64,000 nt of DNA, from assembly GCF_006345805.1 (NCBI RefSeq), contig NW_021824845.1, forward strand, positions 1-64,000. Reading direction: 5' to 3'. The position numbers and the translations under genes were made by a program. The first letter of the stretch is position 1. Every line of letters begins with the position of its first letter. The DNA is from Octopus sinensis (taxonomy: Eukaryota). Positions 39,469 to 52,679 of this stretch are shown in pieces. The notes under the pieces were generated by a model. It did no database searches. It was not told the DNA's origin and was given only the letters and a program-made list of their open reading frames with translations.

Positions 39469-40259
39469 TATATATAAAAATAATGGGAAATAGAGACAAA
39501 CGCTCAAGATGTTATTTAAATCCTTTATATCATCAGTTATATGACCGATATATGTTTCGATAGATGCATTGTAATAAATCCGATATTTTTAACTATAAAA
39601 AATAGTTTAAAATATCTGTTGGCCAAAAGTTCTAGATCTTACACAGTACTACATTAACATGTTTCTAGATCTCTTTTTTTCCTATTTCACAATCTTGCTA
39701 TGAATATCCGATCAACTTTATGATACACAGGCTCTCTGTAGTTTTATTCTAATATTCTTTTGTTAATACCGTTTTTTGATGTTTTATCAATTTTTTCCAC
39801 TGAGGAGAATGGTAATACCTAATTAAATTAATCTAATTTAATTACTATTTTAATTATTATTATAATTAATTTAATCTTTTCCATGTTTTCTTACATTTTA
39901 GTATTATCATTCCAAACGATCGTTTGGATTAAACATTTTTATAAACTTTTAACATCTTCTCTTCTCCATTTTATAAACTGTTACTTCAGTTTATATATGA
40001 TTTTATCCTATAATACTCATAGGACATGTTTAATTGTAACATATATATATAGAGAGAGAGAAAACAAAGATGAATAGGCAACGCTAGAACTTTTAAAAGA
40101 AATTTGGCGTCATAGGACGAGAGAAGAAGTGAAGGAAGAGAGAAAGAGAATTAAAGCAGTAATGGAGGTATAAACAAATAGAAAGTGAATGACAGGTAGT
40201 AATGATGAAGGAAAGAATAGGAGGTATGAGATGAAAGAAAAAGTTTAAGTTGCAGATAT

Positions 40260-40560
40260 TATTAGGTAATGGGGCAAATATTATTTGAAATACCTGAAAG
40301 AGTGTTTTTTTCCAATTTAATCACCTGTAAAAAAAGGTTCTTTTTAATTGTTGACCAATGTGTGTTTGGAAAAAAAGATAAATAAGTGCTCGTCCGTACA
40401 AAGAGAGCAGAAAGATTTCCCTTTATCATAGGGAAACGATCTTGACAAAATTTTCCAATCCAAAGAAAATTGCTTATTGCAGTTTTTGGCATCTCGATTA
40501 TTCTTATATTCTACAAAATAGGTCTCACTCCTTCTCGGAATTAACACCCACGCAAGTGTG
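40260..40560 (-). pseudogene. Penelope-like GIY-YIG C-terminal fragment (second lineage)
   Basis: WKILSRSFPYDKGKSFCSLCTDEHLFI...LVN resembles the W.IL..A.PY......C.LCL.EK..I C-terminus of Penelope ORFs. Confidence 0.7.
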
Positions 40561-40641
40561 ATTACTAATTCCTAGGACAATTACGTGACATTTGGCCACC
40601 TTGCAATTGCTACTCTGGATCTTTCCTTGTACAGTGAACAC

Positions 40642-40672
<31 letters not shown>

Positions 40673-41329
40673 CATACATACATACATACATACATACATA
40701 CATACATACACACACACATATATATAGTATATACTATACAAGCTCGTTCGACTACTATACAGTTAGATCATGAAACAGGGTGGCTCAAATTTAAATCCTC
40801 TGTGTTTTAAATTATGTATATTTCTATAACGTATATATGTATGTGTTCATGTATATATCTGCATATGTATGTGCATGTATGTGAATGTATGTAAGAACGC
40901 ATGCTTTCTTTGTTGTGCCCTCAACGCTTGATGGAGTCCTTAAGGTTCCGTCATACATTGATCTTTGCAGACCAAGCGAAATCCCTCCGCTTCTCAGCCT
41001 GAACATTGCCGGTGTATAAGTCAGGTTGAAAGAAAGACAACAGAAGTTTCGAAGCCGGATTTTGTATTCGTTTATTATTTGTCTAAACCCAAAGACTGAA
41101 AACTAAATTGTACACCGACAGGGATTGAACTTAGAACGTACAAAGCCGGAACTAATGCGACAAGGTTGTCCATCCGGTACTTTAACTCACTCTCCACGCG
41201 CATAGACACTCACACACAAGCATGCATGCACTGCTATCTATACAATACATATTTGACATTCATAAATATGTATATAATATACATAATTCCATGTATACAC
41301 ACAGACACACACACAAACACACAAACACA

Positions 41330-41367
<38 letters not shown>

Positions 41368-42231
41368 CATATATACAATTGAAAATTTATATATAAATGC
41401 GCATGAAAATATTAATACACGCACACTCGTATGTATGTATGTATGTATGTATGTATGTGAAGAGAGATACACAGAAAAAGAGAGAGAGGGGGCATCGATA
41501 AATATACGCAATGTAAGCCTATATAAATGACTGCCGAACAGAAGAAAAGTTTAAAGGTTAGGCGCGTTTCTACTCCACCTACTTCCGGTAAGAAAGAGAC
41601 GAAGATGTTCGGAATATAGAAAGGTTACAGGTCAGCTAATTGTAGCTATTGTGTAGGCAAAAGGAACGTCTAACTGTTAACGAACCTTCACAGAAACTTC
41701 AGAGATTTTTCTCAACATATTTCCGAAAATTCTACATATTTTTCTTCATATGCTAGGAATATCTTTCACTGGAAAACTACATCACCCAAAATTTTTTCTT
41801 ATTATTATTATTATGAATATGATTATGACTACTACTACTACTACTACACTACTATTATTATTATTATAATTATTATCATTGTCATCATCATCATCATCGT
41901 CTTCATTGCTGTTATGATTAGTAAAACAGTATTTTTCTCTCTATTTTGCTATCGCTCGTTTGCATTTTGTTTTTCATAATGATCAAAAGCGAATGAACTA
42001 CTCATAGTCATACGGTCATGAAATAAGGCAGATACACACGCGCGCGCACACATATGTAGATCCACATACGAGAGCACGCATACTCGCGTGAGCATATACA
42101 AATATGCATATATGTATAAAGGTATATATTATATATATATATAATAAATCTATGCACCCACATAAATATATATATGTATATATAATATATATATATATAT
42201 ATATTATATAAGTAAATCTATGCACACACAC

Positions 42232-42273
<42 letters not shown>

Positions 42274-42377
42274 AAGTAAATCTATGCACACACACACACA
42301 TAGATCTATATATATATTATATATATATAATAAGTAAATCTATCACAAACACACATATATAATATATATTATGTAAA

Positions 42378-42419
<42 letters not shown>

Positions 42420-43859
42420 AAGAGTCTATATAGTTATATATACATATATACATATATGTATACATACATATATGAATACATATACATAAGTATATAGAGG
42501 TACATATAGCTTTGTAAACTATGGAAAATAATTTGAATGGCTTCATCTTCCATTCTTATGTGTGTGTTTGTGTGTGCACGTGTGCGTACGTATATAAATA
42601 TACATGTTTATTGACACACGCATGCATAATGGTATTGACAATTTGCTGCTTTGATAAATATTCTGCAGTGACACAAATCATATTTGATCTTTCTGATTCG
42701 ATAAATCAAAATAAGTGTGATTGTCTTCACAAATTATGCGAGGTTTTCTTACTCGCAACGGCGATCATCAACTTTCCTACAGCTGCCAACAGCGGAGCTT
42801 GTTTCAAAATAATATTAGGTGTTGCTATTCCAGAATGTTTTTTCGAATTTGCAAATTTCATAGAATTTATAATGAAGTCAAAAGTGACTACTACTACATT
42901 ATGCACCAGATTTGTCTTCAGCCCAATCAAACAAACGTATAATACCAGTTTCAGTACAGAATATCAGTCAATAGGAACGTGCCTCATCATCTAATGAAAC
43001 TATACTGTAATCATCGTACTAATTAGTGTCAGCGTATCCGAAAGGATAGTCACGGTTATAGCGTAAGGACAATTTTAGAAATGTGAATGTGAGCTACGAA
43101 GTTAACATAAATATTTACTCACAATCATATCTCTTGAGTCTTTTTTTCTTTTTTAAGCACCACTACCTTTCTGTGTGTCTACCTATCTATTTATCTATAT
43201 ATACTATATATTATATATGTATAATATATACTATATATATTATATATATATATATATATGTGTGTGTGGTGTGTGTGTGTGTATAACAAATTATATATAT
43301 AATATATAATATAAATATAATATATGTGACGACAGCTAGTGATTCGTCACTCCCGCTTCTTTTACTGCGCGCCCTGACACCAAGCTAGGCTGTTTCTGCA
43401 TCTCCCACTTATCTGAGTAGGGAGACGTACTCGTTGATCAATAAGTGGGACCCTGACAATTGCTATTACTTCGGATTAAAGTAGACCAGGGAACAACAGT
43501 AGATAACAGGTGGTTTCACACCCTCCAAAACACTTGGAACACCAAAAACAAAGCCCCCTCCCTTTCGGATGCATTTTTAATGTCATGCTGAGCACATACA
43601 TATATGCATACACGTACAAACATACAATTACGTGAGATTTTCCATGACGCATAGCTGATCGTGACTTCGTGATCGTGGTAATTCCCCTATCCTACACACA
43701 GCCTGAGTATGCCTATTTGTTTAAAACCATTAGATAACCCAACATACAAGATACCCCTTCTCCATGCCCGATTATATCAAAGATAAAGGCAAATATGGTC
43801 ACCTTGGCATCAATATCAGAATCGATTGAGTTGTTGTCTTCAGAACACAATCAAATGTA

Positions 43860-44076
43860 ACTCGTGCGGAAAGAAACATCGTCTAACATTTTAAGAAGCA
43901 ATCCCGAATTCGTCTGGAGGCCATGGTTGAAGCCAATGGCAATTTTATTAAATAAATTTACTCGTTAGTATTTCAATATATTTTTATGTGATTTTGGTAA
44001 ATATATGTCAAAATGAGATGTCAGTGTTATTTTCATTTTTGAGTAATCTAGACGACAGTTTATTCATCGCACCCTG
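43860..44076 (+). mobile_element. Tc1/mariner-type 3' end with TIR
   Basis: RIRLEAMVEANGNFIK* followed by ...TTATTCATCGCACCCTG and TA. Confidence 0.6.
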
Positions 44077-44109
44077 TATGTATGTATGTATTATATATGT
44101 ATGTATTAT

Positions 44110-44161
<52 letters not shown>

Positions 44162-44419
44162 GTACTCATACATAGTTAAATACGAACATAAAAGAGTCAA
44201 GAAACATTGGTTCGATTTGAATAAAAATTAGTATCCGATCGATATTGATGAATATATTAGGGAATATAAATGAATTATAGTAAATTGCGATAAGGAATTA
44301 TTAATTTTCAGATTTCATAAACAACTTAAACGGTCCGATTAATTCTCGAAATAAATCACAATATCATCATCGAAAATTCTATAGTTTAGTGTTCTTTTTA
44401 TATTCTAATTTTATTGGTG

Positions 44420-44436
44420 CTAATAATAATAATAAC

Positions 44437-44498
<62 letters not shown>

Positions 44499-44500
44499 TA
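44420..44500. repeat. (AAT)n microsatellite
   Basis: Directly visible. Confidence 0.95.
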
Positions 44501-45340
44501 ATCAATATTGGGTTAATAATTTGGTATCTGAGTCTACTGATGTGTAAATAATTCAGGCTGTGATTGGTCAACACACACACACACACGTGTGTGTGAGACT
44601 GTGTATGTACATAGATGTAATGGCGATGGTTTTTCGTTTTACAGAAGTTTTGTTTCATTTAAACTAAATTATCAATTATTTTATTGTTTTTCTATGCAAA
44701 AGTCAAATCGTTTCTGCAAAAATCAAAGTCATTAAATAAATATTGAATCTGTTTACGTTTCGCATTTACTAGACTTTGGGGAATGGGCTAAGTCCCGCCC
44801 ATTCCTACATACACACGCACGCACGCACGCACACACACACACACACACACACATATATGTGTGTGTGTGCCTGAGTTTGTGTACATATAAATATGTATGA
44901 GTGTATACACACACACACACACATGCTTTCGAAAAGGTGGTGGGTTTCAGATCTTATCATTTTGCGTTCAAATATAACTTGAATCATCTGTCAAATTGAT
45001 ACAATCGACTGTTCAATTCTCATTCTCTTTCTAGACAACTATATTATTGCAGTTAGTATTAATGCTGTTGTTGTTGTTATTTAATATACGCAGAACAGGT
45101 TAAATTTTTGGAAAAGAAAGTCCTAACATCGGGTGACAGCAAGAAACCTTAGATACCAAGAACACTCTAAGTATCCTAGCTGTCCCTAATTGCACTTTTC
45201 TGGGGCTGTACTCAACTAGGTTTCATGCTTATTTCCTTTATCCATCTGTTCAAATCTTTTCTTTCGTTTTATGTTTTCTTTTATGTCTGTGTCACGTCAT
45301 TCAATATTATTGTATGTGAACCCTTGTGGCTAATAAAAGA

Positions 45341-45375
<35 letters not shown>

Positions 45376-45436
45376 TATTATATATATACACATATGCATA
45401 TCTATACACACATATGCATATATAATATATATATAA

Positions 45437-45715
45437 TACAAAAATGAGACAAGAACGCACAACATCCAAGACAGAGAGGTGATACAAAAATGGGACAACG
45501 AAACTTCCAGTCTGACGATACAAAGAAAACAAGAACGGATCATTCGGAGTTTTATTTCCTCAGTCGAGTTGAAAATTATCTTTGCAATTTCGGCTGGTTA
45601 TACTCGAGTTTGCTCCAATCTGGCCAGCCCCAAGTAAAAAACTAAGCGAACAGCATTAGATTCCTTGGAAGAAAGCAGCGAATGTATACGAAAACAAGGA
45701 CGGAAAAAAGGAGAC
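45437..45715 (-). mobile_element. Short pyrimidine-rich element in microsatellite with degenerate hammerhead-like centre
   Basis: Minus strand GGCTGG...CCAGCC-GAAA-T-TGCA-A, without an intact CUGANGA. Same layout as 46514-46720. Confidence 0.4.
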
Positions 45716-45744
45716 ACACACACACACGTATATATATATAATAT

Positions 45745-45806
<62 letters not shown>

Positions 45807-46465
45807 TATCTGCGGGAATATTTTATTTTCAATCGCATAATAATTATGCGGAATAGCATAAATGGCAAAGAACATCCTTATATGGCAGAAAATTTTTTAG
45901 CGGCCTTAATGACAAATTTTTCTGCAATATAAGGGTGCCCTGTCCTATTTATGCGATTCAGCATTACTATTATGCGATCAACAGATGGGATCCAAATGTA
46001 GCGCTCGAATGCTTGAAACTTAGACTCCGATGTGTTTACAGGGGATCAATTCCACGGGGTAATGAATGGCTATGAGAGTGATCGAGTTGAGCAGGGATAT
46101 AGTTCATCACACTATACAAGCAAATATATATGCCATCTTACATATTATGATGGACACCATCTACCGACATTATGATGGATCTCCGAGTCCCCAGAAATGA
46201 CTGTTGGACTTATAACACCTTTCTTAAACCCTTTTCAATTTTCTGTATCGTTTGTACTCTGTGTAAATTAAACCTTTTAATATACATATTTATACATTTC
46301 TAATTAAATATTCATTGTCCGAAAGTTTTCACTCTTTATTTTCTCTTGTTGTGCATGTATATATATAAACATATTTTGCATTTCATACCCAAGATGTTGT
46401 AAGTTATATAATATATTTCATTTGCTTATCCGAATAATTGCTTCCCTCCCCTCTCTCAGTATGTA

Positions 46466-46508
<43 letters not shown>

Positions 46509-46513
46509 ATATA

Positions 46514-46720
46514 GTTAATCCAAACATGAAAACACCAAGAGAAAACACAACTCGAGGACGTGGAACAAATATAGTATTATTGGACACTCAGGAAGGAAGG
46601 CAGAAAGGAGGGTTTTACGTTTCGAGCGGAGCTCTTCGTCAGAAACATAGGAAAAGGAAAGATCCAGAGAAGGGAAGACGGAGGGAAAAAAATCGTCAAC
46701 GGTACACACGCGGTCACTTT
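46514..46720 (-). mobile_element. ~205-bp non-coding hammerhead element inserted in (TA)n
   Basis: Bounded by (TA)n. Related to 62624-62884 (GAGC..GCTCGAAACGT.AAA, TTCCTGAG.G.CA.TA.TA). Confidence 0.65.
46612..46646 (-). ncRNA. Minimal type I hammerhead ribozyme
   Basis: GTTT-CTGACGA-A-GAGC-TCC-GCTC-GAAA-CG-TA-AAAC: 4-bp helix I, 4-bp helix II, palindromic ACGT, GUA site at 46616. Confidence 0.75.
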
Positions 46721-47149
46721 CTATATATATAGTTATGGTATATTCTGTAAAGAACGTAGTAGAGTACAGTATAAAGCTTGTCCACCTTTAGATTACACCC
46801 TGCGCTATCCAGTATTATACGTACTCCCAGGTTTGTGATTAGGCATCTGTCGGTGTGTGAATAGAAAAATGAAAAAAAAATGGAATCAGCAAGAAGGAGT
46901 ACGGTTGGCAGAGTGAATGCTCTTGAAGCCGAGAATTTGAACTTAGGAAGACAATATTTACATATCACCCCAGGAACACAACTAGATCTCATAATGCAGG
47001 GAAAGGGTTGCATAATCAAGTACCTGCACGCCTGGAGAAATACGTTGCGTGGAAACAATTGTAGGGGTTGAAACATAAATGTCCAACCAAACTTCTTGTT
47101 GTTGACTCCATTTTTTTCAATTATATATCTCTGTATGTGTATGCCTGTG

Positions 47150-47440
47150 TTCTGTTATGCTTTTATTTGTTTTAGTAGTTAGACTGCGGGCATGCTGGGG
47201 TACTCCAGTGAAGAATTTTAGTCCAATGATTTACTTTAAACCTCGTACTTATTCTATTGATGTCCTTTGCCAAACCGCTAGGTTGCGGAGACATATACAA
47301 GCCAACACCTGTTACCAAGCAGTGGTAGAGAACAAATACACACACACCACACACACACACGACGAGCTTCTTTGTTTCCGTCTACTACAAGGCTTTGGTC
47401 GGCCGAGATTGAACTCGGAACCTTGTAGTTGGGAATCATA
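47150..47440 (-). mobile_element. Family-B SINE (degraded)
   Basis: GCATGCTGGGGTACTCC tail region, CAAACCGCTAGGTTGCGG, CAAGGCTTTGGTCGGCC on the plus strand, as in the other copies. Confidence 0.65.
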
Positions 47441-47916
47441 CATATGAGCTTATTTGAAAATACAGAGATACACATACACAAAAACAAGTGCACACTTATT
47501 CACACACACACACACAGGCAAATCTATGTCTGCGTATATTTGTAAGTGCATAAGTGTGTGTGTGTGTGTGTTCTATAGAAAACTCGACAGACAGCGATTC
47601 TAATCCTTTTTACTGAAGATTTTTCCGATTTCTTTGGTGGTTCTTTCTATTTCTTTTTGGGGGGAATAATATTGCTAAGATTAATCTTTCAATGAATTAA
47701 TCTTTCAATGCCTTTGCTGTCTTATCTTCTGAATGGAATTAAGAAACTTTTATACATCCAAACTAATCATAAACACGCTGATAATTAAAAACGAAGAATC
47801 TTTAATTGGAGGACATTGAACGTGAAAATGGCCGTGTATTCAATCGCACACATTACAAGGAAAAACTATTCCCGTGTATATGTATACATACATACAAAAA
47901 AATATATATATACATA

Positions 47917-49855
47917 ATAATAATAATAATAATGTTCGTCCTTCGGTTCGAAGATGACCAACTGACATCATATGATGGAACTGTCGCCATGAGACCGGAG
48001 GTGGCTGATGAGGCCAATCCGGGCAAGGAAGCCCCTCCCACAGGTGGGGCAGAAGTGGGTAGGGGCCGTGCTACTGGTGCAGGCGGCTCTGGCTTTACGC
48101 ATCTGACGTTTCTGCTCCGCTGACCGAATCCGTCCCTCCTCGGCTGTCCCTGCTCCCACGGTGATTGCGCTGCGCCAGGATGAGCGGTGGCAGCAAGTGT
48201 CTCCCAGGTCTCTGTCCCGATGGAGAAGTCTTTGAGAGAGACCTTGAGACTATCCTTGTAGCGTTCTCTGCCCTCCGACTTTGCGCCTGCCCTGGCCGAG
48301 TTCACCGTAGAAGAGCGTTTTGGGATGCGAGTGTCGGACATGCGGGAGACGTGGCCCGCCATCTCAGCTGGGCCTTGCGCATGATTGTGATGGTGCTAGG
48401 AAGATCTGCCTGCTTCAGAACTTCCGTGTCTGGGACTTTGTCCTGCCAGCGGATGTGAAGGAGGTTCCGAAGACACCTGAGATGGAAGTGGTTTATCTGG
48501 CGCTCGTGCTTCGGTAAGCAGTCCACGTCTCGCAGCCGATAGTAGGGTGGTAAGCACGACTGCCCGGTAGACTTTCAGCTTGGTGTTGAGGCTGATTCCT
48601 CTCCGCTCCCAGACTTTCTTGCGCAGTCTCCAAACGCGCTGCTTGCCTTGGAGATTCTGTTGATGGTTTCAGCATCTATGTTGGCATGCAGGAGAGAGTG
48701 CTGCCCAGGTAGGTGAATTTTTCCACCACTCGTAGGATCCGTCCGTTCACCTTATCTGATGCTCATGGTATTGTTTGCCGGGGGCTGGCTGAAACATCAC
48801 TTCGGTTTTCTTGGCACTGATGGTGAGACCGAAGTTGTCACAGGCTGATGAGAACCTGTCCATCTCGAGCTGCATCTCCTGCTCATCGATTGCATTAAGG
48901 GCGCAGTCGTCGTCAGCAAAGAGAAAGTCTCTGACGACTGTCTCCCTCACCTTTGTGACAGCCTGCAATCTTCTGGAGTGAAAAGTTTCCCGTCTGTCTG
49001 TCGTATTGATGTCGATACTGGACTTGCAGTCCCTAAAGGCGTCGGACAGCATTGCCGAGAACATGATGCTGAACAGTTTGGGGCAGGACACAGCCCTGCC
49101 TGACTCCGTTGGTCACCTGGAAGGCTTCAGATGAGTTGCCGTCTTCAAGGACTCTGGCTGTCATTCCGTCGTGGAACTGGCGGACAATTGCAATAAATTT
49201 GCTGGGCAACCAAATTTCCCATGACCTTCCATAGTCCCTCCCGACTGACTGTATCAAAGGCCTTGGTGAGGTCAACAAAGGTCATGCAGAGGTCAAGGTG
49301 CTGCTCCATGCATTTCTCCTGGAGCTGGCGGGCGGCGAATATCATGTCAGTGGTCCCTCGACCCGCGCGGAAGCCACACTGGCTCTCAGGGAGAAGGCCT
49401 TGCTCCAAGTGTTCCAGAAGGCGGTCAAGCAGGACCCGGGCCAGGATCTTGCCTGCTATGGACAAGAGGGAGATACCTCGGTGGTTGTCGCAGGACTGCC
49501 GATCTCCTTTCCGCTTATAAATGTGGACGATTGTTGCGTCCCGGAAATCTTGAGGGAGTTGTTCCCTGTCCCACATCGACTGGAACAGGCTGGTGAGCTG
49601 ACTGATCATGGTGGGGCCGCCCGACTTGAACACCTCTGCAGGGATGGCGTCAGAGCCTGGAGCTTTGCCGGTGGACATTTTTTTGATGGCTCTGCTCACT
49701 TCCTCGACTGCAGGGGGAACAGCCAACTCGTGGTTTGTCGGCACCTGGGGGAGTCGTGCGATGGCTTCCTCGTGAAGAAATTCTACGAGGCGCTGAAAGC
49801 TGTCTATGGACCGCAGTTCTCCTTTGGATCAACCCCCCTGCTCAGCTCGGATGGA
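47917..49855 (-). mobile_element. 5'-truncated RTE (Bov-B-like) LINE with 5' inversion, (TTA)n tail and 11-bp TSD
   Basis: KAPGSDAIPAE, NHRGISLL, QCGFRAGRGTTDMIF, FVDLTKAFD, GVRQGC, FLFADD, C-terminal CPTCGRGFLARIGLISHLRSH. TSD ATATATACATA at 47906-47916 and 49856-49866. Confidence 0.93.
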
Positions 49856-50423
49856 ATATATACATACGTGTGTGAGTGTATACATATATGGGTATATATA
49901 TATACACATATATACATGCATACATATGTATGTATGTATGTATGTTTGTATGCATGCATGTATACAGACATACATTACATGCAAGTATATGCGCAGGCGT
50001 CGCTTTGTTGTTAATAATTTGGTTTCGTAGCCATATGATTCTGACTTCGATTCAACCGCATTGTACCTTGAGGAAGTGTCTTCTTCGATAACCTAGGAAA
50101 AACCTTGGGCGTGTGTATGCGCTTTTGTGTGTTTATTTCTTTGTTTGACGTCATTTGAACGCCATAATAGTACGTAATACTTTCACAACTTTTTAAGTAA
50201 GGTTGGTGACTGTTATGCCTTCACCTATGCTTATTCACCATTTCGGGTCTCCTGGTCAAGAAATATCATACTTTATGACTGTTATGTGTTGAAACGACGG
50301 GTGCACGGCTCGCGAATGGTAGTCAACTCTGTCGCTATAAATAGATGCTTCCTTAGCCTTTTCTGGAGTTCCATTAAAATTTGACATGTCTGTTACATCT
50401 ATAGAATATGGATCACAAATTTC

Positions 50424-50622
50424 GACACAAGGCCAGCAATTTTGGGGAAGGATGTACGTCGATTGTTTCGACCCTAGTTCTCAAGTAGTCCTTACTTTAT
50501 CAACCCCGAAAGGATGGAAGGTAAAGTCGATGTCAGCGGAATTTGAATTCAGAACACGAAGACGGACAAAACGCCGCGAACCATTTTGCTCGGCGTGTTA
50601 ATGATTCTGTCAGCTCACCGCC
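50424..50622 (-). mobile_element. Family-A SINE
   Basis: Minus strand GGCGGTGAGCTGACAGAATC...GTTCTGAATTCAAATTCCGC. Confidence 0.8.
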
Positions 50623-50961
50623 AAATCTGTAGACTATTATGAACTGGTAACGGCACAAAATTATCCATTGTGGCAACACAGTCGTCTTCTTGTTAGATAA
50701 CACTATGGCATGTTCTTATACGTGCATTTTCTCATAAACACAACCAACAACATCGTGCTCCGAATAAGAAAATATTACAGAGAACATTCCATGTGAAAAC
50801 TAGACGAATGATTTTCAAATGCTACGATGGTTTGTTGAAAAGGGACAGGAAGTTGGAGTTTTACTCGCCTTCCGACTTGAAGGAGTGAAGATGTTACACG
50901 AATATTCTTTAGAAAGTTACATTTCAGTAAAACAAGGAAGCGGTGTAATGGTACTCTTTTG

Positions 50962-52640
50962 GTTGACAATCGGTGGGTCGTACCCCACAACAAGGTGCTC
51001 TGAAAAAACATTTCATGCACACATCAATATAGAATTCTGTAATTGTGTGAAATCTATACCTTGCGTTTTAAGTGCAATACCAAAGTATCGGACAGAATCA
51101 TTTTTCAAATAAAATCTACACGATCAACAGATGTTTCTTACAAGCAATTGATACCATAATGAGAGACCTTAGATCGAACAACATCTTTGGAGGTGCGACT
51201 CTACTCCTTGCAGGAGATTTTCAACAGACTGTCTATTATACTCAAAGAAACACACACTGATGACCTTAATTCCTACCTTAAAAATCCTTCCTTTGGTCGC
51301 ATGTCCAATCGAAACAAATCACCAACAACATGAGATCACTCCTACAACCCTGTTTTCGGAAATGCTCCTTAAGATCGGCATTAGACAAATTACGTTCGAA
51401 GACAACGGATCTCCAGCCCTGATGACTTATGGTCTGCCGTTTACCCAAATCTTACGACGGAATACATAAAACCAAATTGGCTTCGCGGCAGGTCTGTTCT
51501 TGCACCTACAAATTCAGCTGTCTACACTCTTAACTACAAATTCTACCTTCTCAAGAACATTGTTACAGATCAGTTGACATCGTTACCGACCTCGATCAGG
51601 TTACATACTTTCTCAAATCCCACGATCCTCCAGGACTCCCTCCCCGTGAACTTTACTTAAAAGTCGGTTACCGTGACATCCTCCTACGCAATCTAAACGC
51701 ACCCACACTGTGCAATGGAACTCGCCATGTGGTCAAACAAATGATGGACCACGTCATTGAGGCCCAAATTATCACAGGACACGGCAAAAACGAGACCGTT
51801 TTCATTCCGAAAATTCCACTAACCCCAACAGACTGCTCCTACCCTATGCAGAGACTTCAGTTTCCTCTCAAACTCAGCTTCGCCATCACAATTAACAAAG
51901 CACAAGGTCTGTCACTGAAAGTTTTCGGATTGGACCTTCGAACGTTGTGCTTTTCAACATGGGCAGTTCTACATCGGTTGTTCCAGAGTTGACCATCCAG
52001 ACAACTTATTCATCTATACTCCTGAAGGAAAAACTAAAAGTGTCGTCAACAAAGTAGCCATACCGTAGTTATTCCTCAATTGCATTCTTCACATCTACGC
52101 CAAACTGTAGCCCTTAGCAATCAGACTTCCTGCAAGCATTTCATTGATATTTTGCTTCATTTCCCTGATTACTGTTAACCGTACATTTACCTTCAATGAC
52201 CCTTCTTACTTCACGCACGCTGTTCGCTCATAAGCATGCTCTGACATTTATTTTTGTATATGCCCTTATTTTATTTGTGTGTTTGCTATAAATGTTTGCT
52301 TTTCTTTATCACACATGGCTTTCATTGAAGAAAAATTTCAAAGCGGTTGAAAAATAAGCACACGATACACGATACAAAAAGCTTCAACGTCTACGGCAAT
52401 TGCGACATTTTTCGTGGATTTTCATTGACTACTAACTGCCAAATCTGTGTTCAAAATAAAAATTATTCATTTCTAAAGTTGCTTAATACAATATCATAAA
52501 CTGCTAACGAAAATGGTAATTATACATTTTACGCTTCTCAGCTTGAGACGACTTCCAACTGCGGGTTAATTCACCATTCAACTTAAACCGTCCACAGGAG
52601 TAGACCATTATAATAAATTACACCGACGGGGTATTTGCTA

Positions 52641-52641
<1 letters not shown>
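50962..52641 (+). mobile_element. Internally deleted Helitron (Rep-helicase remnant, PIF1-type) with CTAG 3' terminus
   Basis: VDNRWVVPHNKVL*KTFHAHINIE, LQAIDTIMRDLRSNNIFGGATLLLAGDFQQT, LRNLNAPTLCNGTR, FIPKIPL...RLQFPLKLSFAITINKAQG. CTAG|T at 52638-52642. Confidence 0.88.
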
Positions 52642-52677
<36 letters not shown>

Positions 52678-52679
52678 CT

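Noticed and set aside
39525-39565. Minus-strand GAAACATATATC followed by CTGATGA
   Set aside because: Order would require a type II fold, but the intervening sequence cannot form helix I.
41527-41593. ATG-initiated MTAEQKKSLKVRRVSTPPTS followed by a GTAAGA donor
   Set aside because: A single short candidate exon with no promoter or downstream exon support; expected by chance.
43400-43452. TCCCACTTAT...ATAAGTGGGA hairpin (pre-miRNA-like)
   Set aside because: Large asymmetric internal loop and no supporting evidence.
48003-48035. CTGATGA-GGCC on the plus strand
   Set aside because: Antisense of RTE coding sequence, and no GAAA follows.
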